DNA of 64,000 nt from Abditibacterium sp. (GTDB lineage Bacteria; Armatimonadota; Abditibacteriia; Abditibacteriales; Abditibacteriaceae): positions 3,296,001-3,360,000 of the forward strand of contig CBDASK010000003.1 of the NCBI GenBank assembly GCA_965199495.1. Direction: 5' to 3'. How positions within the stretch are numbered: the first letter of the stretch is position 1; the number at the start of each line of letters is the position of its first letter. The notes below the pieces were generated by a model. It made no database searches, was not told the DNA's origin, and saw nothing but the letters and a program-made list of their open reading frames with translations. Made by a program: the position numbers and the translations under genes. Positions 48,551 through 58,814 of this stretch are shown here, in pieces.

Positions 48551-50188
48551 TTACCTCGCTACTGCGTAATTATTCACACTGCGCACGCCGACAACTTTTT
48601 CCTGCGCGACACCCTGTAACGCGCGTAGTAACGCCGCCGCCGTGTCGAGCGAAGTCAGCGATGGCACGCCGTTTTCGACGGCGGCGCGACGCATTTTCAA
48701 GCCATCACGTTCGGGCGTGCGTTGGCGCTCGCTGGTATTCAGCAGAAAATCCACTTTTTGGCCGGTTAATAAATTCATCAAATTCGGCTCTTGCTCGCGA
48801 ATGCGCCGAATCACTTCGCATGGGACGCCGTGCCGCTCCAACGTGGCTGCTGTTCCACTCGTGGCGTAAATTTTATAACCCAAATCGGCGAAACCTTTGA
48901 CAATCGGCGCGCCCTCGTCTTTGGAATGATCGGCCAACGTCACCAAAAGTGCGCCCTCGCCGCGCTCTTCGTCGGGCAGGGGAATATCGTAGCCACTGGC
49001 GACCATCGCTTTATACAAAGCGCGCGCGAACGTGTTGTCCACGCCCATAATTTCGCCGGTGCTTTTCATTTCCGGCCCCAGATCGGTATCAACCAGCGCC
49101 AATTTTTGAAACGAAAAGACTGGCGCCTTGACGGCAACTTGATCGGGCGTCGGATAAAGTCCGGTTTTGTAGCCCAAGTCGGCCAACTTCTCGCCCATCA
49201 TCACGCGCGTGGCCAAATCCACCATCGGCACGCCGGTAATTTTGCTCAAATACGGAATTGTGCGCGAGGCGCGCGGGTTGACTTCGATAATATACGCCTG
49301 CTCGCCCTCAATGACGTATTGGATGTTCATCAAGCCTTTAATTTTCAGCGCGACGGCGACGCGAATCGCGTAATCGGTGATTTGGTCAATCAAGTTTTGG
49401 CTGAGCGATTGCGGCGGATAAACCGCCATCGAATCGCCCGAATGCACGCCCGCGCGCTCGATATGCTCCATGATGCCCGGCAACAAACAGGTTTCGCCGT
49501 CGCAAATCACGTCCACTTCGGCCTCTTTGCCGGTGATATATTTGTCCACCAAAATCGGCTTTTCCGGCGTGACTTCGGTTGAGGTGCGCATATAACTGCG
49601 CAAATCAGTTTCGTTATAAACGATTTCCATCGCGCGCCCGCCCAAAACATACGAAGGCCGCACCAGAACCGGATAACCGATTTCGGTCGCGACGCCGACG
49701 GCGGCGTCCAAAGTCGTCACGGCTTTGCCGTTGGGTTTGGGAATGCCTAATTTAATCAACAAACCATCGAAACGGTCGCGGTCTTCGGCCAGATCAATCG
49801 AATCGAATTGCGTGCCCAAAATCGGCACGCCCGCGCGGTCAAGCGGCCCGGCCAAGTTAATCGCGGTTTGTCCGCCGAATTGCGTGACGACTCCCAGTGG
49901 CTGCTCGCGGTCAATGATATTGAGAACGTCTTCGAGCGTGAGCGGCTCGAAATAGAGGCGGTCGGAAATATCGAAATCGGTCGAGACGGTTTCGGGATTG
50001 TTGTTGATAACAATCGCCTGATAGCCCAACTCGCGAATGGCGCGCGTGCAGTGAACCGAGGCGTAATCGAACTCGATGCCTTGGCCGATTCGGATCGGGC
50101 CGGAGCCGAGAATGATGACCTTGGGACGCGCATCGGGCAGCGGCGCGTTGGAAGCGGGAGTGAAACCAGAAGTGGAAGCGACTTGCAT
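48551..50188 (-). CDS. carB: carbamoyl-phosphate synthase large subunit, C-terminal half only (CarB2)
   Basis: Begins at ILGSGPIRIGQGIEFDY; NNPETVSTDFD, VRPSYVLGG, GVHSGDS, EVNPRASRT, PEMKSTGE and MGS domain; only 545 aa. Confidence 0.92.
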   Translation of the reverse strand: MQVASTSGFTPASNAPLPDARPKVIILGSGPIRIGQGIEFDYASVHCTRAIRELGYQAIVINNNPETVSTDFDISDRLYFEPLTLEDVLNIIDREQPLGVVTQFGGQTAINLAGPLDRAGVPILGTQFDSIDLAEDRDRFDGLLIKLGIPKPNGKAVTTLDAAVGVATEIGYPVLVRPSYVLGGRAMEIVYNETDLRSYMRTSTEVTPEKPILVDKYITGKEAEVDVICDGETCLLPGIMEHIERAGVHSGDSMAVYPPQSLSQNLIDQITDYAIRVAVALKIKGLMNIQYVIEGEQAYIIEVNPRASRTIPYLSKITGVPMVDLATRVMMGEKLADLGYKTGLYPTPDQVAVKAPVFSFQKLALVDTDLGPEMKSTGEIMGVDNTFARALYKAMVASGYDIPLPDEERGEGALLVTLADHSKDEGAPIVKGFADLGYKIYATSGTAATLERHGVPCEVIRRIREQEPNLMNLLTGQKVDFLLNTSERQRTPERDGLKMRRAAVENGVPSLTSLDTAAALLRALQGVAQEKVVGVRSVNNYAVAR

Positions 50189-50272
50189 TTTAATTGAACC
50201 GGAGAGATTTTATCGAAAATTCGGCTTTTCGGTTCTTTTTTCGGTTATCGAACAATTTTTCTTGGATTTGCC

Positions 50273-50301
50273 TTGACAAACCGCAACAACCTCTATAAAA
50301 T
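50273..50301 (+). promoter_or_regulatory. sigma70-type promoter of the csp gene
   Basis: TTGACA (50273-50278), 17 bp, TAAAAT (50296-50301); implies a 5' UTR of about 110 nt, typical of csp genes. Confidence 0.75.
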
Positions 50302-50419
50302 TGGTTCAGTTCTTAAGGGGAAGCCCTTGGGAACCACAACTTAATTTAGCCGTCAATTCGCGATTTTCACTTTGGTGAAACAAGAATTAATGGCACAAAC
50401 GCAGGAGAAACACAGACGC

Positions 50420-50650
50420 ATGGCAAAAGGCACAGTAAAATGGTTTAACGACGCCAAAGGATTTGGCTTCATCGAGCAGGAGAGCGGTGGCGAAGACGTT
50501 TTCGTTCACTACTCCACGATTCAGACGGACGGTTACCGCAGTCTCAAAGAAGGCCAAAAGGTCGACTATGAGGTTGAGGGTGCCGACAAAGGTCTGCGCG
50601 CGGTCAACGTGCGCGCCACTTCCGACGAAGCGGTTCCCGCGATGAGCTAA
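50420..50650 (+). CDS. cold-shock protein (CspA family)
   Basis: [30 protein letters not shown] upstream; start ATG 50420. Confidence 0.97.
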   Translation: MAKGTVKWFNDAKGFGFIEQESGGEDVFVHYSTIQTDGYRSLKEGQKVDYEVEGADKGLRAVNVRATSDEAVPAMS

Positions 50651-50700
50651 TCATCCAAAAATTCGTTCGTCCTGAACTTATTTGTTGATTCATAACCAAC

Positions 50701-50742
50701 AAACGCCCGCCCCGAATTGCAAAATTCGGGGCGGGCGTTTTT
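50701..50742 (+). terminator. intrinsic terminator
   Basis: AAACGCCCGCCCCGAATT-GCAA-AATTCGGGGCGGGCGTTTTT. Confidence 0.9.
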
Positions 50743-50747
50743 GTAAA

Positions 50748-50776
50748 TTGACATCGTTTTTAGTGTTGTATATAAT
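50748..50776 (+). promoter_or_regulatory. perfect consensus sigma70 promoter of the toxin-antitoxin pair (probably leaderless)
   Basis: TTGACA (50748-50753), 17 bp, TATAAT (50771-50776); ATG lies 8 nt downstream and there is no Shine-Dalgarno sequence. Confidence 0.85.
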
Positions 50777-50784
50777 ACCATTCG

Positions 50785-51213
50785 ATGCTGAAGCAAATTG
50801 TAATTGACACCAATGTTTTTATTTCGGCACTTCGTTCCAAACGTGGAGCCTCTTTCCGTCTTCTTTCGTTGATTGGTCAGAGCGCGTCATTCAAGGTCAA
50901 TGTTTCGGTGCCATTAGTGCTGGAATACGAAGATGTGGCCAACCGATATTTGGAAGCCACCGGCTTGGCGTCCTCCGATGTCGAAGCGATTATTGATTAC
51001 ATTTGCTCGAATTCCAGTCTGCGTCGCATCTTCTTTTTATGGCGTCCTTTTCTTAAAGACCCGAAAGATGACATGGTTTTGGAATTGGCCGTTGAATCGC
51101 AAAGCGAGATTATCGTGAGTTTCAATAAAAAAGACTTTGTTGGATCCGAACAATTTGGAGTGCGCGTTCTCACTCCACGCGAGTTTTTGGCAGAAATTGG
51201 AGAAACACTATGA
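50785..51213 (+). CDS. PIN-domain putative toxin
   Basis: Motifs IVIDTNVFISAL, LVLEYEDV, DPKDDMVLELAV and FNKKDF. Confidence 0.92.
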   Translation: MLKQIVIDTNVFISALRSKRGASFRLLSLIGQSASFKVNVSVPLVLEYEDVANRYLEATGLASSDVEAIIDYICSNSSLRRIFFLWRPFLKDPKDDMVLELAVESQSEIIVSFNKKDFVGSEQFGVRVLTPREFLAEIGETL

Positions 51214-51449
51214 GCACACTGAGCCTGAGAATTCCCGAATCGTTGCACAAACAAGCTCGCGAATTGGCCAAAAGCGAGGGCATTTCCATTAATCAACTGG
51301 TGGCCTCGGCTTTGGGAGAAAAAATGGCGGCGCTAATGACGCAAGATTATCTGGAACAGAGAGCCAAGCGCGGCGACCGCACCGCCTTTGAAGCGGCTCT
51401 GGCCAAAGTCAAGGATGTCGAACCCGACGACGCGCGCGACCGCTTGTAA
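51210..51449 (+). CDS. ribbon-helix-helix antitoxin (HicB-like)
   Basis: LSLRIPESLH..A..EGISINQ; ATGA overlap with the PIN gene. Confidence 0.88.
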   Translation: MSTLSLRIPESLHKQARELAKSEGISINQLVASALGEKMAALMTQDYLEQRAKRGDRTAFEAALAKVKDVEPDDARDRL

Positions 51450-51473
51450 AAGCGCCATACTTTCCAGCGAATT

Positions 51474-52019
51474 ATGAGCATTGCGACAAAAAATGGCGAC
51501 GGCGGCCAGACACGATTAATTTTTGGCGACACGGTTTCCAAAGCCGATTTACAGGTCGAAGCCTACGGCACAATTGACGAACTCAACTCGTTTTTGGGTT
51601 TGGCGCGCGCGCTGTGCGACGAGCCGAAAACCAAAGATTGGCTCGAATCGCTGCAGCGCGACACTTTTATTGTGGGCGCCGAGTTAGCCACGCCCGCCGA
51701 CAAGCGCGACAAACTCAAGCAAACTGTGACTCCCGAAGTGACAGCGCAACTCGATTCAATCGTCGCCGAAATTGAAGAAATGCCCGGTTTATTAGACGAT
51801 TGGGCGTTGCCCGGCGCATCGGGCGGCGGCGCCGCGATTGATTGCGCGCGCGCCGTGGCTCGTCGCGCCGAACGTTGCGTTGTGCGCTTGCGCGATGCCG
51901 ACGTCGACTTGGTAAGCGATGAATTGCTGCGTTATCTCAATCGTTTATCGGACGTAATTTGGTTGCTGGGCCGTCGCTACGAAATGCGGAGCGGCGTTAA
52001 CGGCGCCTTACGGATTTAG
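51474..52019 (+). CDS. cob(I)alamin adenosyltransferase, PduO type
   Basis: Motifs IATKNGDGGQT, EAYGTIDELNS, RAVARRAER and YLNRLSD. Confidence 0.92.
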   Translation: MSIATKNGDGGQTRLIFGDTVSKADLQVEAYGTIDELNSFLGLARALCDEPKTKDWLESLQRDTFIVGAELATPADKRDKLKQTVTPEVTAQLDSIVAEIEEMPGLLDDWALPGASGGGAAIDCARAVARRAERCVVRLRDADVDLVSDELLRYLNRLSDVIWLLGRRYEMRSGVNGALRI

Positions 52020-52462
52020 GCTAACTTTTCGTCCAACGCGCGCAAAAACTGCGCGATATGGCGGCGGTTTTCGCCAAAATCGCCTTGACCAACGCGCGAT
52101 TTCGATGCGACGTTGACGCGCGTTTTGCCTTCATTTTCATCAACGTGAATCGTCAAATTGTCGGTAAAAACCAGCACGGGAACTTCGACGTGAATCGTAT
52201 TGCCATCGGTTTTGACAACGCGCCACGACCGGAACCACGTCTGCTGTTCGCCCGCGACGGTTTGCGCGATTTTCGTTATTTCCTCGACCGATTGCGTGCA
52301 AATGCGTGTGCGCAGTTCGGGCGCTTCGTCGGGCGCGGTTTGCGCGGCGTGAGTGGGTGGCGAGGTATTCATGGTTTTGCCTGCGAGCAGAAATGCGACG
52401 AGGGGAACGGCGATGATGAGCGGCCACTTCCAACGGCTTTTTGGTTTAAGTTTCAAATGCAC
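52016..52462 (-). CDS. DUF1499-like membrane-anchored protein
   Basis: TM segment; FTDNLTI..SKSRVGQGDFGENRRHI. Start uncertain (GTG 52462 chosen). Confidence 0.7.
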   Translation of the reverse strand: MHLKLKPKSRWKWPLIIAVPLVAFLLAGKTMNTSPPTHAAQTAPDEAPELRTRICTQSVEEITKIAQTVAGEQQTWFRSWRVVKTDGNTIHVEVPVLVFTDNLTIHVDENEGKTRVNVASKSRVGQGDFGENRRHIAQFLRALDEKLA

Positions 52463-52623
52463 TGTTATTTTTCCGTGACTTAAAGTTTTCAAAAGAGAAA
52501 ACCACTGATGTTCTCGTTGGTGAAATTCGCAAGCCGCGCGCCGCAAATACCATAATACACATCTCTACAATGAGTGCGCTTGCAATGTTTAAGATTCATG
52601 TAAAAGGGGTATAATCAAATCCC

Positions 52624-53415
<792 letters not shown>

Positions 53416-53431
53416 TCTCTGAGCGAAAGAT

Positions 53432-53476
53432 AAAGAAAAGCGTGGGCCACGATGTCGTGGCCCACGCTTTTTCTTT
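53432..53476. terminator. bidirectional intrinsic terminator
   Basis: AAAGAAAAGCGTGGGCCACGA-TG-TCGTGGCCCACGCTTTTTCTTT between convergent genes. Confidence 0.85.
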
Positions 53477-53521
53477 CATGGGGCACGTATTTCCCCTGCA
53501 TTGTTGATTTTTAGCCAAATT

Positions 53522-54208
53522 TTAATCCACCCACAACAAGCGCCCGCAACCTTCGCAGGTGGGAAATTCTTTCGTTTTGGCTTCGCGCAGTGTGAACGGC
53601 AAAATTTCGGCGCCGCACGCGCTGCACGCGCCGCCCTCGACATGAGCCACGGCGACGCCGTGATGGCGTTTGTAACCATCGGCGTAGTGTTCCCTGTCCG
53701 AAGGCGAGAGTTTCGCGATGACCGGCGCGCGCGCGGCCCGTTTGTCGGCGACGCGTTTGTCCAGCAACTCGGTTTGCGCTTTGAACTCGGCCTCGATTTG
53801 CCGCGCGTTGGCGCGCGCGGCTTCGACCTGTTTTGTTTCGGCCTCGACTTTCGCCGCCAGCGTTTCGCCTTCGTCCATCGCGGTCAAAATTGTTTCGTCC
53901 AGTTCGCCGCGCATCCGGCTCAAACCTTCGATGTCGCGTTCGAGCGCGCTAATTTCGTGGGCGCTCGAAACCGTCATGATGCGTTTTTTCTGGCGCTCGA
54001 TTTTGGTTTCGGCGGCTTCCAAATCGCCCTCGGCCTTGGCGCGCGTGGCTGCAACGATTGCGGCGGCGCTTTGGGTTTGCGCGAGTTGCGTTTCCAATTC
54101 GGCCAAAGTCGCACGGGCGGAGGTGCCATCGTCCAAACGCGCTTTTTCGCGCGTGGCGTTTTGGATGGCGGAATCGAGAAGTTGCAGATCGAGCAGGGCA
54201 CGGTTCAT
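53522..54208 (-). CDS. coiled-coil C4 zinc-ribbon protein (DUF164-like)
   Basis: LLDLQLLD, long coiled coil, CSAC..CEGCGRLL; downstream of nif3, a common gene order. Confidence 0.88.
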   Translation of the reverse strand: MNRALLDLQLLDSAIQNATREKARLDDGTSARATLAELETQLAQTQSAAAIVAATRAKAEGDLEAAETKIERQKKRIMTVSSAHEISALERDIEGLSRMRGELDETILTAMDEGETLAAKVEAETKQVEAARANARQIEAEFKAQTELLDKRVADKRAARAPVIAKLSPSDREHYADGYKRHHGVAVAHVEGGACSACGAEILPFTLREAKTKEFPTCEGCGRLLWVD

Positions 54209-54237
54209 TGGCGTTTAGTTTGGCGCAAAATCGTGAC

Positions 54238-55350
54238 TCACGCGCAATCGCCAAATGGATTATGCACTTTTTGCTCGCGAATCACGCGCAAACCGCCGAT
54301 ATTTTCTAACGCGCTCGCCATTAACGGCACCGCCTTGGTTTCGGTGGCGGCGTGCGTCACGTCAAGGAGAGCCACGCCGCCCGCGCGCGCTTTGAGCGCG
54401 TCGTGATGTTTGATGTCGGCGCACACGAAAACAGTGCCGGGCGCCAAATGGCCGATGAAACTCGCGCCACTTCCCGGACTGCACGCGACGGTTTCAACAT
54501 CCGCGAAATCATCGGGCACGACGACGCGAATCGAAGGCGGATTGAGTTTTTCGCGCACGGTTTCGATCCACGAATCCAAACTCTGCCGCTCGACTTGGCC
54601 GATACGAAGTGGCCCGTAACTTCCGGTTTTGTCGTTGTTGAGCAAAGCCGTGACATTATAAGCGATTTCTTCGTAAGGATGCGCGGCGCGCAACGCCGCG
54701 ACAACGGCGGGCCAATCGGCTTCGAGCGCGATGATTTCGAGTTGCAGTTCGGCGACTTGCTCGCGATTGCTGACGGTGCCAACCGTGGGATTGGCGCCTT
54801 CGAGCGGGCGAAACGTGCCCTGCCCCGCGCTGACAAACGACGCTTCATCGTAAAGCACGCCAATTTTTCCGGCGCCCGCGTTCCACATCGCATTTCGCAC
54901 CGCGTCCAAATTTTCTGGCGGAACGTAAGTCACGATGCGCACTAACTTCGGCGCGCCCGAAGCGGCGCCGACGCGCACATCGCACAGGCCCAACTGCGCG
55001 GCGAGTGCGTCGCCCAAAGCGTGGGGCGGCGACGCGCCATCGAGCGCGCTGTGGACGCAAATCAGAGCCATATTCTCGCGCACGATGCGAGCCGCCAATC
55101 GCGCGGTCGGATCGGCGTAATCGAGCGATGCAAGCGGACGAAACAATAACGGATGATAAGCGATAATCGCGCCCGCGCCCGCCGTGGCTGCTGCGTCGAG
55201 CGCGGCATCGGTGACTTCGTAGCAAACGTAAACTGATTCGATTCCGGCGTTTTTATCGCCGATATGAAGACCAACGCTGTCCCATTTTTCCACGCGATTC
55301 CACGGGAAATGTCGGTTCAGTTCGTCGAGCAAATTTTGAATCGTGGGCAT
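54238..55350 (-). CDS. Nif3-like dinuclear metal center protein with PII-like insertion
   Basis: Start ATG 55350; WDSVGL, YHPLLF, HSALD, GAGKIG, HPYEE, GSGAS, HAATE. Confidence 0.9.
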   Translation of the reverse strand: MPTIQNLLDELNRHFPWNRVEKWDSVGLHIGDKNAGIESVYVCYEVTDAALDAAATAGAGAIIAYHPLLFRPLASLDYADPTARLAARIVRENMALICVHSALDGASPPHALGDALAAQLGLCDVRVGAASGAPKLVRIVTYVPPENLDAVRNAMWNAGAGKIGVLYDEASFVSAGQGTFRPLEGANPTVGTVSNREQVAELQLEIIALEADWPAVVAALRAAHPYEEIAYNVTALLNNDKTGSYGPLRIGQVERQSLDSWIETVREKLNPPSIRVVVPDDFADVETVACSPGSGASFIGHLAPGTVFVCADIKHHDALKARAGGVALLDVTHAATETKAVPLMASALENIGGLRVIREQKVHNPFGDCA

Positions 55351-55394
55351 GATATTTAATGATATAGCGTGTTCTAACCAGAGTGCTACTCCAT

Positions 55395-55466
55395 CGGGGC
55401 TAACGCCTCCTTCCAATCGGCGGTATTGCGATGAACTCCGCCGATTGGAAGGAGGCGTTAGCCCCG
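55395..55466. repeat. palindromic element (family shared with about 15101-15175)
   Basis: 29-bp perfect IR CGGGGCTAACGCCTCCTTCCAATCGGCGG (55395-55423 / 55438-55466). Confidence 0.88.
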
Positions 55467-55486
55467 CTTGAAGCGAAGCGGAAAGC

Positions 55487-56269
55487 CTAAATTTGGTTTT
55501 TCGCTTCATTCCACAGTTCGTCCCATTGCGCTTCGCTCAGCGATTCCAAGTCCCAGCCACGCCGCTGGGCTTGGGCTTCCATTTTCTCGAAGCGACCGCG
55601 AAATTTGCGATTGTTATCGCGCAAAGCCATTTCGGGATTGATGTCGCGCCAGCGCGCGATGTTGACGATGGTAAACAACAAATCTCCCAGCTCTTCGGCG
55701 ACGCGTTCGGGTGTTTCGTGGCGCAAAGCATCCTCGACTTCGGCGACTTCCTCGCGCAGTTTGTCCCAAACTCCGGCTTCGTCGGGCCACTCGAAACCGA
55801 CTTTGGCGGCGCGTTTCGAGATTTGCAGCGCCGCCAAAAGCGCGGGCAATTCGGTCGGCACATTCGCCAAAATCGAAGTTTGCGCTTGGCCCGCTTCGGC
55901 TTTTTCCTGCGCTTTAATCGCGTCCCAATTGGCTTTGACCGTCTCGGCATCGTCGGCGCGAGCGTCGCCGAAAATATGCGGATGGCGCCGCACCAGTTTT
56001 TCGTTGATGCCGCGCGTCACATCGTCAATCGTAAAGTCGCCGTTTTCCTGCGCCAACTGCGCGTGAAACACGACCTGCAACAGCAAATCTCCCAACTCCT
56101 CGCACAAATGCGATTTATCGCCGCTTTCGATCGCGTCCAAAACTTCGGCGCTTTCTTCGATGAGATACGGGCGCAAGGTTTCGTGGGTTTGCTTCAAATC
56201 CCACGGGCAACCGCCGTCGGGCGCGCGCAGTTGCGCCATGATTTGCGTCAATCGTTCAAATTCGGACAT
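55487..56269 (-). CDS. mazG: nucleoside triphosphate pyrophosphohydrolase
   Basis: Motifs GCPWD..QT, EELGDLLLQVVFH, RRHPHIF, GFEW and EELGDLLF. Confidence 0.95.
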   Translation of the reverse strand: MSEFERLTQIMAQLRAPDGGCPWDLKQTHETLRPYLIEESAEVLDAIESGDKSHLCEELGDLLLQVVFHAQLAQENGDFTIDDVTRGINEKLVRRHPHIFGDARADDAETVKANWDAIKAQEKAEAGQAQTSILANVPTELPALLAALQISKRAAKVGFEWPDEAGVWDKLREEVAEVEDALRHETPERVAEELGDLLFTIVNIARWRDINPEMALRDNNRKFRGRFEKMEAQAQRRGWDLESLSEAQWDELWNEAKNQI

Positions 56270-56324
56270 GAGAAAATAGCTTACTGTTTCTTTGTTGGGA
56301 AATCTTACGGTTTCCCCACAACCA

Positions 56325-56358
56325 CAAAAGCCGCCCGATTTTCATCGGACGGCCTTTG
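56325..56358 (-). terminator. probable intrinsic terminator
   Basis: CAAAAGCCGCCCGAT-TTTC-ATCGGACGGCCTTTG imperfect hairpin after the prsA-like gene. Confidence 0.6.
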
Positions 56359-56374
56359 CGTTTCGCACCCACAA

Positions 56375-57706
56375 CTACGGCGTGGCTGGTGCGGGCGCCG
56401 CGTTGGTCGCGGGCGCTTCGGGCGCGGGCGCCGCCGAATTCGCGGCGGGTGCGGCGTTGGCGTCTGTGCCAGTCGCGGGCGCGGCGTTAGCATCCGCGCC
56501 GCCAGCGGTCGGCGGAACGGGCGTGGGTATGACTTTGTATTTTTCGGCGACAGTGGTATACGCCGGGTCTTCAATTTTGACGGTGCCTTTGGAGCGCAGG
56601 TCAGTCAAGATATTCTGCTGCATTGGCTGCAAAATGGCCGTCAACACATCGCGCAAAGGCGGCGGCGCTATCGGCGTCATTGATGGTGGCGGCGCCATTG
56701 GATTTTCCTGCATCTGCTGCATTTGCTGTTGCTGCTGCTGTTGCTGTTGCTGCTGCTGAATCGCGGTGCTGGTGCGCTTGAGCGTTTCGGTAAACGGCGG
56801 GTTCTGCGGATTTTTCTTGACCTCTGCCATTGCGACTTGTGCCATTTTGTAGTCGGTCTCGATTTGCGGTTTTAGAGCGGCGAAATCGGCTTTGGTCGGC
56901 TCCTGCTTGTCGCTGATATGAAACAACACATAAATCGGCGGCTGGCCGGGGCGGATAGCGATTTCTTTGGGATCGGTCGTGCCGCCTTTGGGCAAACTGG
57001 CGATGGCTTTAGCTTCGGCCTCGCCGTAGACCGCGCCCAGCGTGTCAACTGGCGCGAGTGCATCGCCCGCGTTGGAATTTTTGGCGAGCGGATCGCTCGA
57101 TTTCTGTTGCTCGGCGAGCAGAGCCTCGAAAGTTTTGGTCTTGCCTTTGAGCGCGCGACTCATGGCGTCGGCGCGCGCCTTGGTCGAAGTCAGCAAGGTG
57201 CCGACTTTGACTTTGGCTGGGTCTTCGTAATACGATTTGTAGGTGGTGAAGAACTTCTGCAACTCGTCATCGCTGACTTTCACGTCTTTAGTCAGCACTC
57301 TTTGCGTCATCAAATCGCGGCGTATCTGCAAGTTGAGAATATCCGCCAACTTGGGATTTTTCGCCAAAGTTCCGATCAAACTGGGATCGGTTTTCTTGCG
57401 ACGCTCTAACTCTTCGGCAACTTCAGCATCGGAAACCGTGATGCCATTATCTTTGGCATTTTGAGTCAGCAATTGAGTATCAATGAGAATCGGCAATATC
57501 TGTTCGCCACCCTGAGCTTCCAGAATTTTGTTGAGATCGGTGCGCGTGATGGCCGTGCCGCCAACAGTCGCCAGCGTGTCGCCGTTGCTACCGCCGCCGG
57601 TGGCTGCTGTGCCACCGACGCCGCCTTTGTTGCCGCATCCGGCCAGAGCAAGGGCCAATCCGATGGCCGCTAACGGCTTCCATGCCGTTTTGATTTGTTT
57701 GTTCAC
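56375..57706 (-). CDS. PrsA/SurA-like foldase lipoprotein (degenerate parvulin) with a polyQ insert
   Basis: Lipobox LALAGC; ATVGG..IT, GITVSDAEV, VKVSDDELQKFF; Q12 tract. Confidence 0.78.
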   Translation of the reverse strand: MNKQIKTAWKPLAAIGLALALAGCGNKGGVGGTAATGGGSNGDTLATVGGTAITRTDLNKILEAQGGEQILPILIDTQLLTQNAKDNGITVSDAEVAEELERRKKTDPSLIGTLAKNPKLADILNLQIRRDLMTQRVLTKDVKVSDDELQKFFTTYKSYYEDPAKVKVGTLLTSTKARADAMSRALKGKTKTFEALLAEQQKSSDPLAKNSNAGDALAPVDTLGAVYGEAEAKAIASLPKGGTTDPKEIAIRPGQPPIYVLFHISDKQEPTKADFAALKPQIETDYKMAQVAMAEVKKNPQNPPFTETLKRTSTAIQQQQQQQQQQQQMQQMQENPMAPPPSMTPIAPPPLRDVLTAILQPMQQNILTDLRSKGTVKIEDPAYTTVAEKYKVIPTPVPPTAGGADANAAPATGTDANAAPAANSAAPAPEAPATNAAPAPATP

Positions 57707-57782
57707 GTTGTGTTTTTATCCTTGGGAATTGAGCTAAAATTCGCTCAAAAATTTATTTTAGTTTTGATTTACCGATCCGAAA

Positions 57783-58538
57783 TTAATCGTCGGCCAGAGT
57801 TTCGTCCGACATCGAAAAATTAGCGACGACGTTCACTACGTCGTCATCTTCTTCGAGTGCGTCCAGCAATCTTAACAGTTTGCGCGCGTCCTCGCCTTCG
57901 ATTTCGATCACCGTATCCGGCACCAAAGCCGATTCGGCGCTCTGAATCGGAAAGCCCGCCGTTTCCAAAGCGCTTTCGACGGCGTCCAACGCACCGAGCG
58001 GCGTCGTCACGGTAAAGGCATCTTCGTCATTCGCGATGTCGCTGGCGCCCGCTTCGATGGCGCTTTCAAAAAGCGCCTCTTCGTCAGTCGTCTTGCCATC
58101 ATCAGCCACGGCGTCAACCACGATTTGGCCCAGACGCTGGAACTGCCACGCGACCGACCCGCCTTCGCCCAAGCTGCCGCCGTTTTTGTTGAACAGCGAG
58201 CGAATGTTGGCGACGGTGCGATTGCGATTATCGGTTTCGGCCTCGACCAAAACCGCGATGCCGCCCGGCCCGTAGCCTTCGTAGGTGATCTCTTCGTGGT
58301 TTTCCGACGAGAGTTCGCCGGTGCCTTTTTGGATGGCGCGCTTGATATTTTCGGCGGGCATCGAACCGGCGCGGGCTTTGTCGTAGGCCAACCGCAAGCG
58401 CGGATTGGAATCGGGGTCGCCGCCGGATTTGGCGGCGACGGTGAGGTCGCGCGAAAGCTTGGCAAACAGCTTGGCGCGTTCTTTATCCGCTTTGCCTTTG
58501 TGCAAGCGGATGTTTTTCCATTTGGAATGTCCTGCCAT
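57783..58538 (-). CDS. YebC/PmpR family protein
   Basis: Motifs MAGHSKWKNI, YEGYGPGG, TDNRNRT and LEEDDDV. Confidence 0.96.
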   Translation of the reverse strand: MAGHSKWKNIRLHKGKADKERAKLFAKLSRDLTVAAKSGGDPDSNPRLRLAYDKARAGSMPAENIKRAIQKGTGELSSENHEEITYEGYGPGGIAVLVEAETDNRNRTVANIRSLFNKNGGSLGEGGSVAWQFQRLGQIVVDAVADDGKTTDEEALFESAIEAGASDIANDEDAFTVTTPLGALDAVESALETAGFPIQSAESALVPDTVIEIEGEDARKLLRLLDALEEDDDVVNVVANFSMSDETLADD

Positions 58539-58814
58539 AATTTAAAAATCGAATCGGGAGAAAAGCGCGCGATAGTTTAACAGAGCCGTTTTTCGTGGGC
58601 ACATCTCGTCTTTACATTGCGACAACTATCCAAATTGATGTGTTGAACGATCCGCCAGACTTTTCTGAAGTTTTCTGACGCAAACCCTCTATTTTAACGG
58701 TTAACGTTGGTTTCATTGTTTAAAAATGACGGTTTTTGGGTATAAGTAAAAAGCGCAATTCGTTGATTTGCCCCTTTATATTTATTCAAAAATTCCCATT
58801 TAACCCCTGATGCC

